In this document: positions 26,325 through 35,716 of the stretch, piece after piece
Layout of the letters: every line of letters starts with the position of its first letter
How positions within the stretch are numbered: position 1 is the stretch's first letter
Sequence record: SRR20825006_177
Direction: 5' to 3' (one strand)
Length of the DNA stretch: 42,576 nt
The notes under the pieces: generated by a model
What the model saw: the letters and a program-made list of their open reading frames with translations, nothing else
The model's database searches: none
Told to the model about the DNA's origin: nothing
Translations under genes and position numbers: made by a program

Positions 26325-28289
26325 ATGACCGGCACAAAGATACTCATTGGCCAGATCATGGTGGTGTTCGCGCTGATCATCGGAGCGGTCTGGCTCGCCA
26401 CACAAATGACCGCTGACGCGCTTGGCCATCAGGCAGCGCTTGGCGCGCCCTGGTTCATCGCAGGCGAAACACCAATCTATAAACCGTGGCGGCTGTTCCA
26501 ATGGTGGTACGCCTATGAAGCCTATGCGCCGGAAGTGTTCGCACGTGGCGGGCTGATCGCGGTCTCCGGTTCGGCGCTCGGCTTTCTGGCGGCGATCATT
26601 GGTTCTGTCTTGCGCAGTCGCCACGAGCGCCATGTCACCACTTACGGCTCGGCGCGATGGGCCAGCGCACCCGATTTGAAACGCGCCGGATTGTTTGCGG
26701 ATAAAGGCGTGTTCCTGGGGCGTTGGCAAAAGCGCTATCTGCGTCATGACGGCCCTGAACATGTCATGGCGTTTGCACCAACGCGTTCAGGCAAGGGCGT
26801 GGGGCTGGTTGTACCAACCCTGTTGTCCTGGACCGGCAGCGCCGTCATCCACGACATCAAGGGCGAGAATTGGGAGCTCACGTCTGGCTGGCGATCCGGA
26901 TTTTCCCGATGCGTGCGGTTTGATCCAACCGACCGGCGATCCCCGAAATATAATCCACTTATGGGCGTGCGCCGCGGCGAGCATGAAGTACGCGATGTTC
27001 AGAACATCGCTGACATACTGGTTGACCCTGAAGGCTCGCTGGAGCGCCGAAACCACTGGGAGAAGACCGGACATGCCTTGCTCGTCGGTGTCATCCTGCA
27101 CGTGCTTTATGCAGAAGCAGACAAGACACTCAGCGGCTGCGTGCGGTTCCTGTCCGATCCGAAACGCTCCTTCGCCGTCACACTCCGTATCATGATGACA
27201 ACGCCTCATCTGGGGGAGAGAGGGGTGCATCCGATAGTTGCGCAGGCCGCTCGAGAACTTCTCAACAAATCAGAGAATGAGCGCTCCGGGGTTCTGTCCA
27301 CGGCTATGAGTTTCCTGTCGCTTTATCGTGACCCCGTGATCGCAGAAATCACCAGCCGGTCGGACTGGCGCATTGAGGACCTGGTCGAAGAGGAGAGCCC
27401 GCTATCGCTCTATCTGGTCGTCCCCCCGTCAGACCTCTCACGGACGAAACCGCTGATCCGGCTGATCCTCAATCAGATTGGACGCAGGCTGACAGAAGAC
27501 TTGCCCGAAAAGAACCGCCGAAAACTCCTCTTCATGCTGGATGAGTTTCCAGCGCTCGGACGGCTCGACTTCTTTGAAAGTGCGCTCGCCTTCATGGCAG
27601 GCTATGGCATTCGGGCCTATCTGATCTCGCAATCCCTAAACCAGATCGAAAAGGCTTACGGGCCGAACAATTCGATCCTCGATAACTGCCATGTCCGAAT
27701 TGCCTTTGCGACCAATGATGAGCGCACAGCCAAACGTGTCTCTGATGCCCTTGGCACGACTACCGAGCTTCGTTCCCAGAAAAATTATACCGGCCATCGG
27801 CTAGCGCCTTGGCTCTCCCACATGATGGTTTCGCGACAAGAAACTCAGCGCGCTCTGATCACGCCGGGTGAGGTCATGCAGCTGGCTGCATCGGATGAAA
27901 TTGTCATGGTGTCAGGTGCGCCGCCCGCACACGCGCAGAAGCTGCGATATTTCAAGGACCGAAATTTCACCAAACGCGTCTTGTCACCAGCGCCAGTCGA
28001 ATGGAGCGGCCAAGCATGTGACGCCGAATGGACATCCATTGTTGCGGCCCCGCCGTTCCAGGAGCCGGAGGCTAAGAAAGATATCGGACAACCCGATAGT
28101 GTGTCACTGAAACGGACGAGAGAACCTGAGTACACGAATGATGATACGCGTGAAAAATGCGTACGCGAGCCAAGTGCTGACGCCAACATAGACGATGAGA
28201 TTGATCCGACCAGCGATCAAAATCTGGAAACCGTAAGACGCGCCGTAGCGGCAGATCGCGGCGATCCTGACGTCCTTCCGGGGTTCTGA
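26325..28289 (+). CDS. traG: Type IV coupling protein TraG/VirD4
   Basis: TYGSARWA, APTRSGKGVG, HDIKGEN and LDEFPALG motifs; AGGAGG RBS before ATG 26325. Confidence 0.95.
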   Translation: MTGTKILIGQIMVVFALIIGAVWLATQMTADALGHQAALGAPWFIAGETPIYKPWRLFQWWYAYEAYAPEVFARGGLIAVSGSALGFLAAIIGSVLRSRHERHVTTYGSARWASAPDLKRAGLFADKGVFLGRWQKRYLRHDGPEHVMAFAPTRSGKGVGLVVPTLLSWTGSAVIHDIKGENWELTSGWRSGFSRCVRFDPTDRRSPKYNPLMGVRRGEHEVRDVQNIADILVDPEGSLERRNHWEKTGHALLVGVILHVLYAEADKTLSGCVRFLSDPKRSFAVTLRIMMTTPHLGERGVHPIVAQAARELLNKSENERSGVLSTAMSFLSLYRDPVIAEITSRSDWRIEDLVEEESPLSLYLVVPPSDLSRTKPLIRLILNQIGRRLTEDLPEKNRRKLLFMLDEFPALGRLDFFESALAFMAGYGIRAYLISQSLNQIEKAYGPNNSILDNCHVRIAFATNDERTAKRVSDALGTTTELRSQKNYTGHRLAPWLSHMMVSRQETQRALITPGEVMQLAASDEIVMVSGAPPAHAQKLRYFKDRNFTKRVLSPAPVEWSGQACDAEWTSIVAAPPFQEPEAKKDIGQPDSVSLKRTREPEYTNDDTREKCVREPSADANIDDEIDPTSDQNLETVRRAVAADRGDPDVLPGF

Positions 28290-28293
28290 GTGG

Positions 28294-28677
28294 ATGGGAA
28301 AGCCGCGCGTCAACATACGGATTTCGACAAAGCTCTATGCGCAACTGTGTGAGGCAGCTGACAAGCCAGGGGTGACAAAAACGGCGATCGTTGAAGACGC
28401 ACTGAGAGCATGGTTCGATCCAGAAGCGCGTTCAGTGCTGGAAGAGCGTTTGCTCGCCCGCATGGACGCCTTCGATCAGCATCAGGCGGATATGGAAAAG
28501 GACCTAGCCTACACTTACGCCACGCTGTCGCACTTTGTGTACTATTGGCTTACGCGGACCGAACCTATTCCTGAGGGGGAGCGTGATATCGCGCATGCGC
28601 TGGGGCAGAGGCGATTGGAGTATTTCAATGAGCAGGTGAGCAGCAAAATGTCTGCCGCGCCTGAGCCGGCCGCCTAG
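28294..28677 (+). CDS. CopG/ribbon-helix-helix protein of Tn4371-type transfer regions
   Basis: N-terminal RHH pattern (RVNIRIS...KTAIVEDAL), coiled coil and position directly after traG. Confidence 0.8.
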   Translation: MGKPRVNIRISTKLYAQLCEAADKPGVTKTAIVEDALRAWFDPEARSVLEERLLARMDAFDQHQADMEKDLAYTYATLSHFVYYWLTRTEPIPEGERDIAHALGQRRLEYFNEQVSSKMSAAPEPAA

Positions 28678-28742
28678 ACGGGAGAAATGGACCCATCATA
28701 ATTCTCGGTTCAGAAGTCTTGATTCGGAAGTATGGATACATT

Positions 28743-28907
28743 TCACACGAGCAGGCGCTGGCTCGATGGTTTCGTTGCGGTGCGAGTTCCGTACATGCCC
28801 ACCAACCGAGACAACAATATTACCGTATACAGAACACCAATGACCGCCTCGAACGCGGCGGCGGCTTGAGGGTAATGCCCTTGAGGGGTGATATCGCCAT
28901 ATCCGAG
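28743..28907 (-). pseudogene. C-terminal remnant of a two-TM potassium/ion channel gene
   Basis: LGYGDITP selectivity-filter signature followed by EAVIGVLY..ILLSRLVG; the upstream part is replaced by the 67-bp IR element. Confidence 0.75.
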
Positions 28908-28974
28908 TGACCTAGCCCCCTGAACTGCAGCCATGTTTTAGTTATAGAACTAGGCTGTTCAGGGGGCTAGGTCA
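28908..28974. mobile_element. 67-bp miniature inverted-repeat element with IS3-family-like TG...CA ends
   Basis: Perfect 18-bp terminal IR TGACCTAGCCCCCTGAAC (28908-28925 and 28957-28974); no transposase and no obvious target duplication. Confidence 0.6.
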
Positions 28975-29045
28975 TCTGGTCGGACGATCGCGGATGTCGG
29001 GCATGGAAGGATTTGAGCAGGATAAGGCCCTCTCGTATCGCGGAA

Positions 29046-29061
29046 TGACGATCTGTTGGCG
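29046..29061 (+). promoter_or_regulatory. TGACG-N5-TTGGCG motif copy 1 (upstream of TonB receptor)
   Basis: TGACGATCTGTTGGCG; same spacing at 36852 and 41365. Confidence 0.6.
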
Positions 29062-29182
29062 TGAACTGGTATGACTCTAACAGAGCCATCTTTCACCAGA
29101 GTTCATAATCTACTTTCGCGTCCTTGTGCATCATAGCGGGAACGGAAACACGGAGCACAAAAGGGCTCTTGGGAGGATATAT

Positions 29183-31645
29183 ATGAACCAGAAGTTTAGA
29201 CTCAATTTGAGCGGCGCAGCAATTTTGCCGATCGCCATTGCCCTTGCCACGCCGGCCTATGGGCAAGTGGCAGATGTCCCTGCCGAAACAGAAGCGGAGC
29301 GGGAAGCAAGACTGACAACAGTGACTGTTACGGCACGTAAACGGGACGAGACGCTGATCAATGCGCCGGTGGCCGTGACCGCCGTTTCCGGAGCAGAGCT
29401 GGAAGCGCAAGGGGTCACGAACCTTGAGCAGATTTCCGCGCGCGTGCCGGGCCTGCAGGTCGGTCGGGGAGCGCAAACCTCGAACATCTTTATCCGAGGT
29501 GTCGGATCTGGTATCAACAAGGGATTCGAGCAATCGGTTGGCCTTTATGTGGATGGCGTTTATCAGCCGCGCAGCCGCCAATTCTCACAGTCCCAGTTCG
29601 ACCTGCAGCAAGTCGAGGTTCTGCGTGGGCCCCAAGGCGTTCTATTCGGTAAGAACACGGTTGCTGGCGCGATCAAGCTTGAAACGGCCTCGCCAGAAGT
29701 CGGAGAGGAACTCAATGGTTGGGTCGGTGTCACCTGGGAACCAGAATTCAATACGCAAAGCTACTCGGGCGTCTTTTCCGCGGGCTTGGCGGATAATTTG
29801 GCAGGCCGGTTGGCAATTCGTTATACGACAACTGACGGATATGTTGAGAACCGTGTCTTTGATCGCGACGAAGCCGAGCGCGAAGACATGTTCGCCCGGG
29901 CGACGCTCGCCTGGCAACCAACGGAGAGTTTAAACGTTGAGACGAAACTGAGCTATCTTGAAATGGACGGGGTCGGTAAGGAGCTTACCATTAATGCGAT
30001 TGATGATCGCCTGCCGACGCCTAGCACGATAGCGCTCTCACAAATGCTTCATCCAGACTTTGGAGTTTCTACTGGCGATACCGCTTATGTCAGCTTCAGC
30101 GGCAATCCCGCATTCCGTGTCGGCGATCCTCCAATCTCCGACACGGAGACAACCGAATCATTGAGCGGATCTGTGAAGGCAGAATGGGAGTTCGATAACT
30201 TTACCCTCACTTCGATTACTGGCTACTCCTCTTTCGATTTCGCTCAACATCACGATGTGGATTTTCTGCCTGTCAGCTTCATTCACAATCTTGATGAAGA
30301 AGAACTGGACATGTTTAGCCAGGAACTTCGCATTGCCACAGACTGGGATGGGCGCATAAATTTCTTGGGCGGGCTGTATTATGAAAACCAGGATGCTTAT
30401 ATTGAAGAGACAACGGCGTTCAATGGCACATTTGGCGTTTTGCCAACATCGATTTTGCCCGGCGGTATTGTTAACGTTGCTCAACGCACTTTCTTCGATC
30501 AACAAGCCGAAACGATTGCGCTTTTTGGCGAGCTTGGCATTGACCTGACCGACAGCGTCACACTTGAACTAGGTTTGCGTTACTCCGAAGATGAGAAGAG
30601 CATCGATAAGAGTGTTGTTGTTGGAGCCGGCACACCCCGAGACTTCGTTGGCCTTGTCACACCCGCAGACACGATCGGGTCTGCCGATCTAACCGAATAT
30701 CTAACCGCCGCCGCTACTGTTGGGGGTGCAGATGGATTGAACTCTGCAACGACTTTTGCCGCATTGCTCAACCGCTTTGCTGCTGACCTCAACGATACGC
30801 GAACAGAAGATCATCTTGATCCATCTGTAAAACTGCGCTGGCAGTATGCTGACAACGGGTCGGCCTATATTTCCTATTCCACTGGCTATAAATCTGGTGG
30901 TTACAATTTCAGTCCTGACACGGCGGAACCGGATGGGAGCCCGCGTCCGGGTCATGAATTTGAGGATGAGAAAGTCACGGCTTGGGAAGCTGGTATCAAG
31001 CACCAGTTCATGGGTGACCGTGCTCGCATCGGGGCAATCATTTTCCGAAGCGAGTTAGAAGACCTGCAGGTAACCTCGTGGAGTGGGACAAGCTTCGTGG
31101 TTGGGAACGCGGCTGAACTTCAAGTGCAGGGGCTGGAACTTGATGGCCAGTTCCTTCTCAGCGACGAAATCGAGATTGGCGGTGCGTTCGCCTATCTCGA
31201 TCACGAATTCCAGTCCTTCCCAGGGGCAGGGTGTTCAGTGATCGAAACGGGCTTGGGCACATGCCCGGATTCTGCAGGTGTGGGTACCAAGGACCTTGCC
31301 GGCGAACGCGGGGCCTTTGCGCCCGAGTTCAGTGGTAACGTCTATCTCGCCTTCAATCGCAGTTTCGAGAATTTCGATCTGAATGCCCGGATTGGAGCCA
31401 ACTTCAAGGACGAGATGTTCCTGGATGGCGACCTCGACCCGAACGCGTTTCAGGAAGGATATACGAAATTCGATGCTCATGTCGGGGTGGAGTTTGGCCG
31501 CTACGAATTCCGTGTATTCGGTCGCAACCTAACCGATGAAGCCACCTATACCGCCTCGGTCGACGCGCCACTCAGCCCGGGCGTGTATGTTGGCTGGATC
31601 GAAGAGCCGCGCGTGATTGGTGCCGAAGGCCGTATAAATTTCTGA
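29183..31645 (+). CDS. TonB-dependent outer membrane receptor
   Basis: Signal peptide, TonB-box-like TVTVTA, plug motif VEVLRGPQGVLFGKN and C-terminal Phe; GGAGG RBS before ATG 29183. Confidence 0.95.
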   Translation: MNQKFRLNLSGAAILPIAIALATPAYGQVADVPAETEAEREARLTTVTVTARKRDETLINAPVAVTAVSGAELEAQGVTNLEQISARVPGLQVGRGAQTSNIFIRGVGSGINKGFEQSVGLYVDGVYQPRSRQFSQSQFDLQQVEVLRGPQGVLFGKNTVAGAIKLETASPEVGEELNGWVGVTWEPEFNTQSYSGVFSAGLADNLAGRLAIRYTTTDGYVENRVFDRDEAEREDMFARATLAWQPTESLNVETKLSYLEMDGVGKELTINAIDDRLPTPSTIALSQMLHPDFGVSTGDTAYVSFSGNPAFRVGDPPISDTETTESLSGSVKAEWEFDNFTLTSITGYSSFDFAQHHDVDFLPVSFIHNLDEEELDMFSQELRIATDWDGRINFLGGLYYENQDAYIEETTAFNGTFGVLPTSILPGGIVNVAQRTFFDQQAETIALFGELGIDLTDSVTLELGLRYSEDEKSIDKSVVVGAGTPRDFVGLVTPADTIGSADLTEYLTAAATVGGADGLNSATTFAALLNRFAADLNDTRTEDHLDPSVKLRWQYADNGSAYISYSTGYKSGGYNFSPDTAEPDGSPRPGHEFEDEKVTAWEAGIKHQFMGDRARIGAIIFRSELEDLQVTSWSGTSFVVGNAAELQVQGLELDGQFLLSDEIEIGGAFAYLDHEFQSFPGAGCSVIETGLGTCPDSAGVGTKDLAGERGAFAPEFSGNVYLAFNRSFENFDLNARIGANFKDEMFLDGDLDPNAFQEGYTKFDAHVGVEFGRYEFRVFGRNLTDEATYTASVDAPLSPGVYVGWIEEPRVIGAEGRINF

Positions 31646-31654
31646 TCGTCTTGT

Positions 31655-31686
31655 AGCAGCCTCCTTTCCATCGAAGGGAGGCTGCT
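31655..31686 (+). terminator. Stem-loop after the TonB receptor (terminator or mRNA-stabilising hairpin)
   Basis: AGCAGCCTCC...GGAGGCTGCT stem without a U tract. Confidence 0.5.
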
Positions 31687-31737
31687 CCAGACTTGAGCAG
31701 TTGAAAGCTGACAATAGCAGGTCAGGAGCTTGCGAAC

Positions 31738-32511
31738 ATGAAACTCGATGGAAAAGTCGCTGTGGTTACAGGTGGTGCCTCTGGACTAGGCGCTGCTGCG
31801 GCGCGCAGTTTTGTTGAGCAGGGCGCACGCGTCGCGCTCTTCGATCTGAGCGAAGTCGCAGGAAACGCGCTCTGTGGCGAACTTGGAAACAAGGTCTGCC
31901 AGTTCTTCAAGGTCGATGTGACCGATGATCAATCGGTTGCGGATGCGGTGACAAATACCGTCGAGAAATTCGGGGCCATTCAGATTGCTGTCAACGCGGC
32001 AGGCATTCCGGCACCGACCAAAATTCTCGACCGGGACGGCAACCCTTGTCAGCTCGACAAGTTCACCAAGGTGATCATGGTCAACCTCGTCGGCACGTTC
32101 AACGTCATGAGTAAATGCGTCGCCGTCATGGCGAGGAACGCACCAGACGATCTGGGCGAGCGGGGAGTCGTTATCAATGTGTCATCCGGTGCCGCCTATG
32201 AAGGGCAAATAGGTCAGGCCGGCTATTCAGCGTCCAAGGCGGGTGTGATCGGTATGAACATGCCGGCGGCGCGGGAACTCGGAGCCGTCGGCGTCCGTGT
32301 CAACGCGATCGCACCGGGGCTGTTTTTGACACAGATGGTGAAGAGTCTGGGTGAGAAGGTGGTCGTTTCACTGGTCGACACTGTCGAGGCGCCACGCCGC
32401 GCCGGAGACCCCATGGAATTTGCACACGCATGCCAGTTCATCGTCGAGAATGGATACTTGAATGGTGAAACAATTCGCCTCGATGCGGCAACACGTTTGA
32501 GGGCGAGATAG
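31738..32511 (+). CDS. SDR oxidoreductase, type II 3-hydroxyacyl-CoA dehydrogenase (HSD17B10-like)
   Basis: TGGASGLG, VNLVGTFNV, GQIGQAGYSASK and YLNGETIRLD motifs. Confidence 0.9.
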   Translation: MKLDGKVAVVTGGASGLGAAAARSFVEQGARVALFDLSEVAGNALCGELGNKVCQFFKVDVTDDQSVADAVTNTVEKFGAIQIAVNAAGIPAPTKILDRDGNPCQLDKFTKVIMVNLVGTFNVMSKCVAVMARNAPDDLGERGVVINVSSGAAYEGQIGQAGYSASKAGVIGMNMPAARELGAVGVRVNAIAPGLFLTQMVKSLGEKVVVSLVDTVEAPRRAGDPMEFAHACQFIVENGYLNGETIRLDAATRLRAR

Positions 32512-33935
32512 TGGGGATTGAAACCGGCATCACCGAGCTTGAGAGGATATTCACCCTGCAGCGTTCCCTCACGCGAGAGCAGGTGTCCTGCAGCTATGAA
32601 ACCCGGATGGACCTGCTGGCTCGTCTTGGGAAAATGTTCGAGACGCATGAAGACGAACTCATTAACGCGGTTACGGCTGATTTCGGAATACGCAGCCGGT
32701 ATGAAACCATCCTGACAGACATCATGCTGGTTCTGTCGGATGTGAAATTTGCACGGCGCCATTTAAAACACTGGATGAAGCCGCGCAGTGTCAAAACTGA
32801 CACGTTTGGATTGCCGGGATCTTCGCGGCTAATTCCGCAACCCCTTGGTGTCGTCGGCATTCTCGGAACCTGGAACTATCCCTATGGCACAGTATTCGCC
32901 GGTGCGGCGGGTGCGTTGGCGGCTGGCAACCGGATTATTGCCAAGCCAAGTGAAATTTCGGCTCATTCAGCTGAAATTTCGCAGCGTCTTGTTCGCAAGT
33001 ATTTTTCAGAAGAAGAGATGGCAGTGGTAATCGGCGGCCCGGATGTCGCGCAGCAGATGACGTCTCTTCCATTCGATCATATTCTCTTCACCGGTTCGCC
33101 CAATACAGGTAAAAAAGTCGCCCAGTCGGCCGCAGCCAATTTGACACCAGTGACGCTTGAGCTTGGCGGCAAGTGCCCCATTATCATTGATAAAAGTGCT
33201 CATTTTCCAGAAGTCGCGCAGAGCCTTGTTTTCGGCAAGCTCCTCAACGCAGGACAAACGTGCATCGGTGTCGACTACGCATTCGTTCCAGAAGGGAGTG
33301 TAGAAGACTTTGTGTCAGCGCTCGCCAGGCAGGTGCACAAGTGTTTTGGCGAGATCGAAGCCAATCAGGACTATACAAGCATTATAAATCACCGGCAGTT
33401 TGACCGTTTGCGGGGACTGGTTGAAGACGCCCGCGCAAAAGGTGCCGGAGTGACCAATCTCGCAGGCAGTGGCGATGGCATGTTCGAGGCTGCTCATCGA
33501 ATAGCCCCGCTGGCTGTGACCAATGTTGCAAGCGATATGGGGCTGATGCAGGAAGAGATTTTCGGGCCGATTCTGCCGATCCTGACCTATCGTACGGAAG
33601 ACGAAGTAATCGAGTACATCAATGCTGGCGAGCGGCCACTGGCACTTTACTATTTCGGTAAAGACAGTGCAGGTCGACGAAAAATCCTTGGCGAAACCCA
33701 TGCTGGCGGCGTGACCCTGAACGGCACGGTGATGCACGTCTTCCAGCGCCGTCTTCCATTTGGCGGCATCGGGCAAAGCGGGATCGGATCCTATTTGGGG
33801 CCGGGAAGTTTCGAGCGGTTCAGTCATTTGAAGCCGGTGTTCTCACAATCGAAGATCAGTGTGCTTAGCCAATTGCTGCCTCCCTATTCTTCGAAGACGG
33901 GCTGGTTGCTGAATCTATTTAAAAAGCTGCTTTAA
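32511..33935 (+). CDS. Aldehyde dehydrogenase (ALDH3/coniferyl-aldehyde dehydrogenase-like)
   Basis: PLGVV..WNYP, FTGS, LELGGK, NAGQTC, EEIFGP and PFGGIG.SG motifs. Confidence 0.92.
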   Translation: MGIETGITELERIFTLQRSLTREQVSCSYETRMDLLARLGKMFETHEDELINAVTADFGIRSRYETILTDIMLVLSDVKFARRHLKHWMKPRSVKTDTFGLPGSSRLIPQPLGVVGILGTWNYPYGTVFAGAAGALAAGNRIIAKPSEISAHSAEISQRLVRKYFSEEEMAVVIGGPDVAQQMTSLPFDHILFTGSPNTGKKVAQSAAANLTPVTLELGGKCPIIIDKSAHFPEVAQSLVFGKLLNAGQTCIGVDYAFVPEGSVEDFVSALARQVHKCFGEIEANQDYTSIINHRQFDRLRGLVEDARAKGAGVTNLAGSGDGMFEAAHRIAPLAVTNVASDMGLMQEEIFGPILPILTYRTEDEVIEYINAGERPLALYYFGKDSAGRRKILGETHAGGVTLNGTVMHVFQRRLPFGGIGQSGIGSYLGPGSFERFSHLKPVFSQSKISVLSQLLPPYSSKTGWLLNLFKKLL

Positions 33936-33992
33936 ATCGATCCTGTACGCAGCAATCTTAGGGTGGTGTAGACAAAAGGGAGGACAGTCTCT

Positions 33993-35663
33993 GTGTTCGG
34001 AATTTTCTCAAAAAAGCGCAATGACCGTGAACTGATGCCTGTTGACGTCGCTCCAAGTTCTGCTGCAGCATTGGTTTCGACAGAAGGCGGGCGGGTAAAT
34101 TACAGCCGTGTCATGCAAGGGCTCGCGGAATCCTTCGGAGATCGTGAGGCGATTGTGAATCTTGAGCGTGGCCGCCGGCTGAGTTTTCGTGACTATCACA
34201 TCATAACCAATCAGATTGCACATATTCTCAATGGAAACCTGAATCTCGGCGCGGGCGACCGATATGTCTGTATGCTGCAAAATGACAATCTCTCCCTGTT
34301 CCATTGGGGGTCAGCTGCAAAAGCTTATGCAACATGTTGTCATGCCAACTACCTCGACAGCCTGGAAACGCATCTTGGCCAGATCGACATCGTCAAGCCC
34401 AAAGTCGCGTTCATCGAGAATGACCTCCTAGCCTCCCATGCTGGCCCGCTTACCGAACGCGGCATTCAGATTGTTGTGATGGATGCTCTGGTCAAGCCAT
34501 ATTCAGGCGTGTTGGCCCTTCCCGATCTTTTGGCGAACGCGTCGACAGAGAACACAGATATTGAAATCGATGATCGAACGCACGTCGTGCTCATGCGCTT
34601 TACAGGAGGCACGACTGGTGACAGCAAGTGCGCGAAGTATTCAATCGACAACATTCTGGGGTGCCGCGATAGTTTCCTGACACTTCCAGACCCGGATTTC
34701 TTCGATGGCTGCCGCATGCTGCATATAGCTCCCATTAGCCATGGCAGCGGTATGATGCTTTTGCCGGTTCTGTTCAGCGGTGGTTGCACGGTCACAATGA
34801 ACGAGCCCAGTCTGGAGAACTGGTGCCGCTATATCCAGCAAGAGAAGATTTCTCACGCCTTCATCGTACCGACTCTGGCGTACCGCCTTTTGGAAATGCC
34901 CGAAGCACGAGAGTATGACCTATCCTCATTGCGCACGGTGTTGTATGGCGCGGCCCCCATGAGCCCGGCCAAGGCCAAGCTCCTGGTTGAGCGATTCGGT
35001 TCAATATTCACACAAGTGTACGGCTCCACGGAACATCTGGCGGCAACCCTCTGCCTGAGCAAGAAAGATCATATCGTGGACGCCGAGACTGAAGGCCGAC
35101 TCGCGTCCGCGGGTCGACGCTCAACCGGGATCGAACTGTCGGTTTGCGATGATGACGGTAATCCAGTTCCTGTAGGCGAACTCGGCGAGTTCTATTTGCG
35201 ATCGCGCTCAACCTGTCTTGGCTATGAAGGCAATCCAGAGAAGACGAAGGAGGAATTCGTCAACGGATACTGGAAGTCAGGGGATATCGGATATACGGAC
35301 GAAAACGGATATTGCTACCTGGTTGATCGGAAGAAGGACATGATCATCACGGGTGGTTTCAATGTCTATGCGACTGAGGTTGAGGCCGCAGTCAACTCCC
35401 ATCCTGGCGTTTTGATGTCAGCGGTTGTCGGTGTTCCCCACGAAGAATGGGGCGAGGCTGTACATGCGGAAGTCATCCTTAACGACTCTGTTGAGGTGGC
35501 CGAATCTGACCTGATTGCCTATGTAAAAGAGCAGATCGGATCTTTCAAAACACCAAAATCCGTGTTGTTCGTGGAGGAACTGCCTCTGAGCGTCGTTGGT
35601 AAGGTGTTGCGAAAGGATGTACGTAAGAAATACTGGGGCGGCCAGGTCCGCAGTATTGGCTGA
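33993..35663 (+). CDS. Acyl-CoA synthetase (AMP-binding, class I adenylate-forming)
   Basis: FTGGTTG..K, YGSTE, SGDIG, DRKKDMIITGGFNVY and terminal GKV motifs. Confidence 0.92.
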   Translation: MFGIFSKKRNDRELMPVDVAPSSAAALVSTEGGRVNYSRVMQGLAESFGDREAIVNLERGRRLSFRDYHIITNQIAHILNGNLNLGAGDRYVCMLQNDNLSLFHWGSAAKAYATCCHANYLDSLETHLGQIDIVKPKVAFIENDLLASHAGPLTERGIQIVVMDALVKPYSGVLALPDLLANASTENTDIEIDDRTHVVLMRFTGGTTGDSKCAKYSIDNILGCRDSFLTLPDPDFFDGCRMLHIAPISHGSGMMLLPVLFSGGCTVTMNEPSLENWCRYIQQEKISHAFIVPTLAYRLLEMPEAREYDLSSLRTVLYGAAPMSPAKAKLLVERFGSIFTQVYGSTEHLAATLCLSKKDHIVDAETEGRLASAGRRSTGIELSVCDDDGNPVPVGELGEFYLRSRSTCLGYEGNPEKTKEEFVNGYWKSGDIGYTDENGYCYLVDRKKDMIITGGFNVYATEVEAAVNSHPGVLMSAVVGVPHEEWGEAVHAEVILNDSVEVAESDLIAYVKEQIGSFKTPKSVLFVEELPLSVVGKVLRKDVRKKYWGGQVRSIG

Positions 35664-35716
35664 AGCGTGTACAATCCTGTTCAAAAATTGGACAAACCGT
35701 CATGAACCGATAAAGC

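Larger units (their letters stand above)
1..28677. mobile_element. Tn4371/ICEMlSym-like integrative conjugative element (partial) with heavy-metal cargo
   Basis: P-type trb genes, DUF2285 activator, ardC, parB, DUF736, rdfS-like HTH, traF, relaxase, traG and copG together. Integrase and att sites are not in the window, so the ends are undefined and a plasmid cannot be excluded. Confidence 0.8.

Noticed and set aside
4980-28912. 11-bp direct repeat TCCGAGTGACC at 4980-4990 and 28902-28912, near the putative inversion breakpoints
   Set aside because: Direct rather than inverted orientation, short enough to be chance, and the right copy is a composite of channel codons and the IS-like end.
28975-29088. 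Possible IS6/IS5-like end (GGCTCTGTT on the minus strand near 29080-29088)
   Set aside because: Only 9 bp with no partner end; the segment is better explained as the TonB-receptor promoter containing the repeated motif.
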